Shown here: positions 46,885 to 48,543 of the stretch, in pieces
Layout: each line of letters opens with the position of its first letter
How positions within the stretch are numbered: position 1 is the stretch's first letter
Origin: a virus
Taxonomy: Duplodnaviria; Caudoviricetes
Virus record (IMG/VR): IMGVR_UViG_3300027828_000041
Location: 1-48,543 of that record
Length of the DNA stretch: 48,543 nt
Reading direction: 5' to 3' (one strand)
Notes under the pieces: model-generated
Database searches by the model: none
Told to the model about the DNA's origin: nothing
Seen by the model: only the letters and a program-made list of their open reading frames with translations
Program-made: the position numbers and the translations under genes

Positions 46885-46935
46885 CTCCTCTCTTTATCTT
46901 ACTCGAACAACGTGAGAGTAAGATAAAGAGAGGAG
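46885..46935 (+). repeat. Perfect 20-bp inverted repeat with GAAC-AAC-GTGA cap
   Basis: CTCCTCTCTTTATCTTACTC pairs with GAGTAAGATAAAGAGAGGAG. Confidence 0.9.
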
Positions 46936-46937
46936 AG

Positions 46938-47069
46938 ATGAAGAAAAAGAAACGAGTGAACAAGGCTAAGTCCTTGATTGCACAGCCTTTATTTCGTAGT
47001 CGTATTACTAAAGATAAGACTAAGTACAGTCGTAAGCAGAAACACAAGGAGTCACTAAGTCATGGATAA
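46938..47069 (+). CDS. ArfA-like basic peptide, 43 aa (not in ORF track)
   Basis: MKKKKRVNKAKSLIAQPLFRSRITKDKTKYSRKQKHKESLSHG. PLFRxR...YxRKxKH matches the ArfA core; GAGGAG lies upstream. Confidence 0.65.
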   Translation: MKKKKRVNKAKSLIAQPLFRSRITKDKTKYSRKQKHKESLSHG

Positions 47070-48075
47070 GTACGAGTTACCAACAGGCTATCTACTTGTA
47101 GATGATTATAGTAAGGGTAAGCTAGAGACTCTCACTATAGGCGACTATGGTAAGAAGGCTAATGTTAAAGCTAACTTCTTAGGATATAATTCAGAGATAC
47201 AAGGGGTAGCTAACCAACCTTGTATGCCACTGTCTGAGAAATGGGTGATGACACTGAGCACACAGTATGGGTGTGTTATGAAGTGCAACTTCTGTGATGT
47301 ACCTAACGTACCTTTCCGTGGTAACGCATCGGTTGAGGATATGCACAAGCAGATACTCAACGCTGCGTCTATGTTCCCTAATGTAGGCTATACAGAGCGG
47401 CTCAACATACACTATGCAAGGATGGGAGACCCCATCTTTAACAACGCTGTGTTTGATTTGACTGAAGAGCTGTACCATAACAAGGCTCACCTACCTATGA
47501 GAGTAGAGGTACTACACCCTGTACTTACTACGTCTCTGCCTGCTGCACTAAAGTCACTAGAAGGTAGGCTGCAACGCTGGTGTAGCATTAAGAATGATTT
47601 GTACAATGGACAAGCTGGTCTACAAATTAGTGTCAACACTACAGATGAGGCTAAGCGAACAGAGATGTTTGGTGGTATGTCCCTAACACTAGAGGAGTTC
47701 GCTGCTATAGCAGACAAACTCCCTGTTCCTATTGGTAGGAAGTATTGTCTTAACTTCGCATATGCTAGTGGTAATGAGGTAGACGGCGCATACTTAGCTA
47801 CTCTATTTGACCCTGAAAAATTCATGTGTAAGGTAACACCCATACATAATAACAATGCATGTATTGAGAATGGCATTGAAACTATCTCAGGATATGACAG
47901 CTACTTACCATATAAGTATCCTGAAGAAGAGCTGATGTCGGCTGGCTTTGATACACTAGTGTTCATCCCGTCTCTTGATGAAGAGGACGGTCTAGTTACT
48001 TGTGGCAACGCTATCTTAGGAGATAGCAAACTTAAGCTGTCTAATCCTAAGTTGTCTATCGAGGGACAAGTATGA
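47062..48075 (+). CDS. RlmN/Cfr-related radical SAM protein
   Basis: STQYGCVMKCNFC (CxxxCxxC), MGDP (RlmN MGEP), LQISVN, and C-terminal TCGN (RlmN ACGQ). Confidence 0.85.
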   Translation: MDKYELPTGYLLVDDYSKGKLETLTIGDYGKKANVKANFLGYNSEIQGVANQPCMPLSEKWVMTLSTQYGCVMKCNFCDVPNVPFRGNASVEDMHKQILNAASMFPNVGYTERLNIHYARMGDPIFNNAVFDLTEELYHNKAHLPMRVEVLHPVLTTSLPAALKSLEGRLQRWCSIKNDLYNGQAGLQISVNTTDEAKRTEMFGGMSLTLEEFAAIADKLPVPIGRKYCLNFAYASGNEVDGAYLATLFDPEKFMCKVTPIHNNNACIENGIETISGYDSYLPYKYPEEELMSAGFDTLVFIPSLDEEDGLVTCGNAILGDSKLKLSNPKLSIEGQV

Positions 48076-48356
48076 ATAACGGATACCACTTTGTTAAGTA
48101 CACCACTCACCGAGGTGAGTACGCTTGTGTTGTTCAGTTGACAGATGAGGAGGCACACATAGTAGGGTATCATAATGGTACACCAATCTCCCTCACTACT
48201 ACCCCTCGTAGTGAGGTACGTTGGATGAATAAGATAGGAGATGCTGCGGTACTTGGAGCCGCAACTAAGATGCTGCGACGTAGTGAGTATGAGTTCATTG
48301 GTATAACTGATGAGGCTCAAGCACTCCTTGTTGAAGTGGAGAACACCGATGAATGA
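48072..48356 (+). CDS. Hypothetical protein
   Basis: ATGA coupling to the radical SAM gene. Confidence 0.65.
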   Translation: MNNGYHFVKYTTHRGEYACVVQLTDEEAHIVGYHNGTPISLTTTPRSEVRWMNKIGDAAVLGAATKMLRRSEYEFIGITDEAQALLVEVENTDE

Positions 48357-48543
48357 TATAGACGATATACGCGCACGGGCTGAGACCTGCTGGACAAAGA
48401 CTCAGCTACGGGCTGATGTTCAAACCCTCCTCGCCCGTGTCGATGAGTTGGAGTCTGACTGCGCTGCATTGAAGGTGGGCATCGAAGCAATCTCAAGTCT
48501 ATGCGACCGAAAGGAAGCAGAACGCGACAGCCTCAAGGCACAG
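48349..48543 (+). CDS. 5' part of the junction-spanning ORF (MNDIDDIRARAE...)
   Basis: GGAG RBS; the frame is open to the contig end and continues in frame at the window start. Confidence 0.7.
   Translation, partial: MNDIDDIRARAETCWTKTQLRADVQTLLARVDELESDCAALKVGIEAISSLCDRKEAERDSLKAQ
48389..48543. repeat. Terminal overlap, copy 2
   Basis: Matches 1-155 with 3 mismatches. Confidence 0.95.

Noticed and set aside
1-48543. Stop-codon reassignment suggested by frequent CTAG/TAG
   Set aside because: Core genes are full length in the standard code, TAG ends several genes, and no suppressor tRNA is present.

Overview
This window is an apparently complete genome of a podovirus-type tailed phage, about 48.4 kb (unit length 48,388 bp), with a 155-bp end overlap. 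It has two opposed arms. The + strand arm (43267 through the join to 16770) carries small early genes, tRNA(CAU), DNA ligase, an AAA+/VWA pair, primase, helicase, family A DNA polymerase, nucleases and class II RNR. The - strand arm (about 42570 to 16756) carries TerS, tailspike, TerL, portal, scaffold, capsid, tail tube, internal virion proteins and lysis genes. I found no RNA polymerase, integrase or repressor. The layout resembles Zobellviridae-like phages (SIO1/cobavirus, VpV262, ICP2, PA11 type); this is inference, not a database result. The most notable candidates are: (1) an early translation-targeting module with tRNA-Ile2, an unannotated 43-aa ArfA-like peptide behind a switchable leader, and a coupled RlmN/Cfr-like radical SAM enzyme lacking the resolving cysteine; (2) a family of GA-capped and GNA-triloop hairpins confined to the terminal/early region; (3) a Fur-box-like operator between sigma70-like and sigmaE-like late promoters; (4) a helicase with deviant Walker A and B motifs; (5) a virion protein with ART-like and lysozyme-like domains; (6) a probable AUA/AUU start for TerS. 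All homology calls come from reading motifs by eye; no searches were run.
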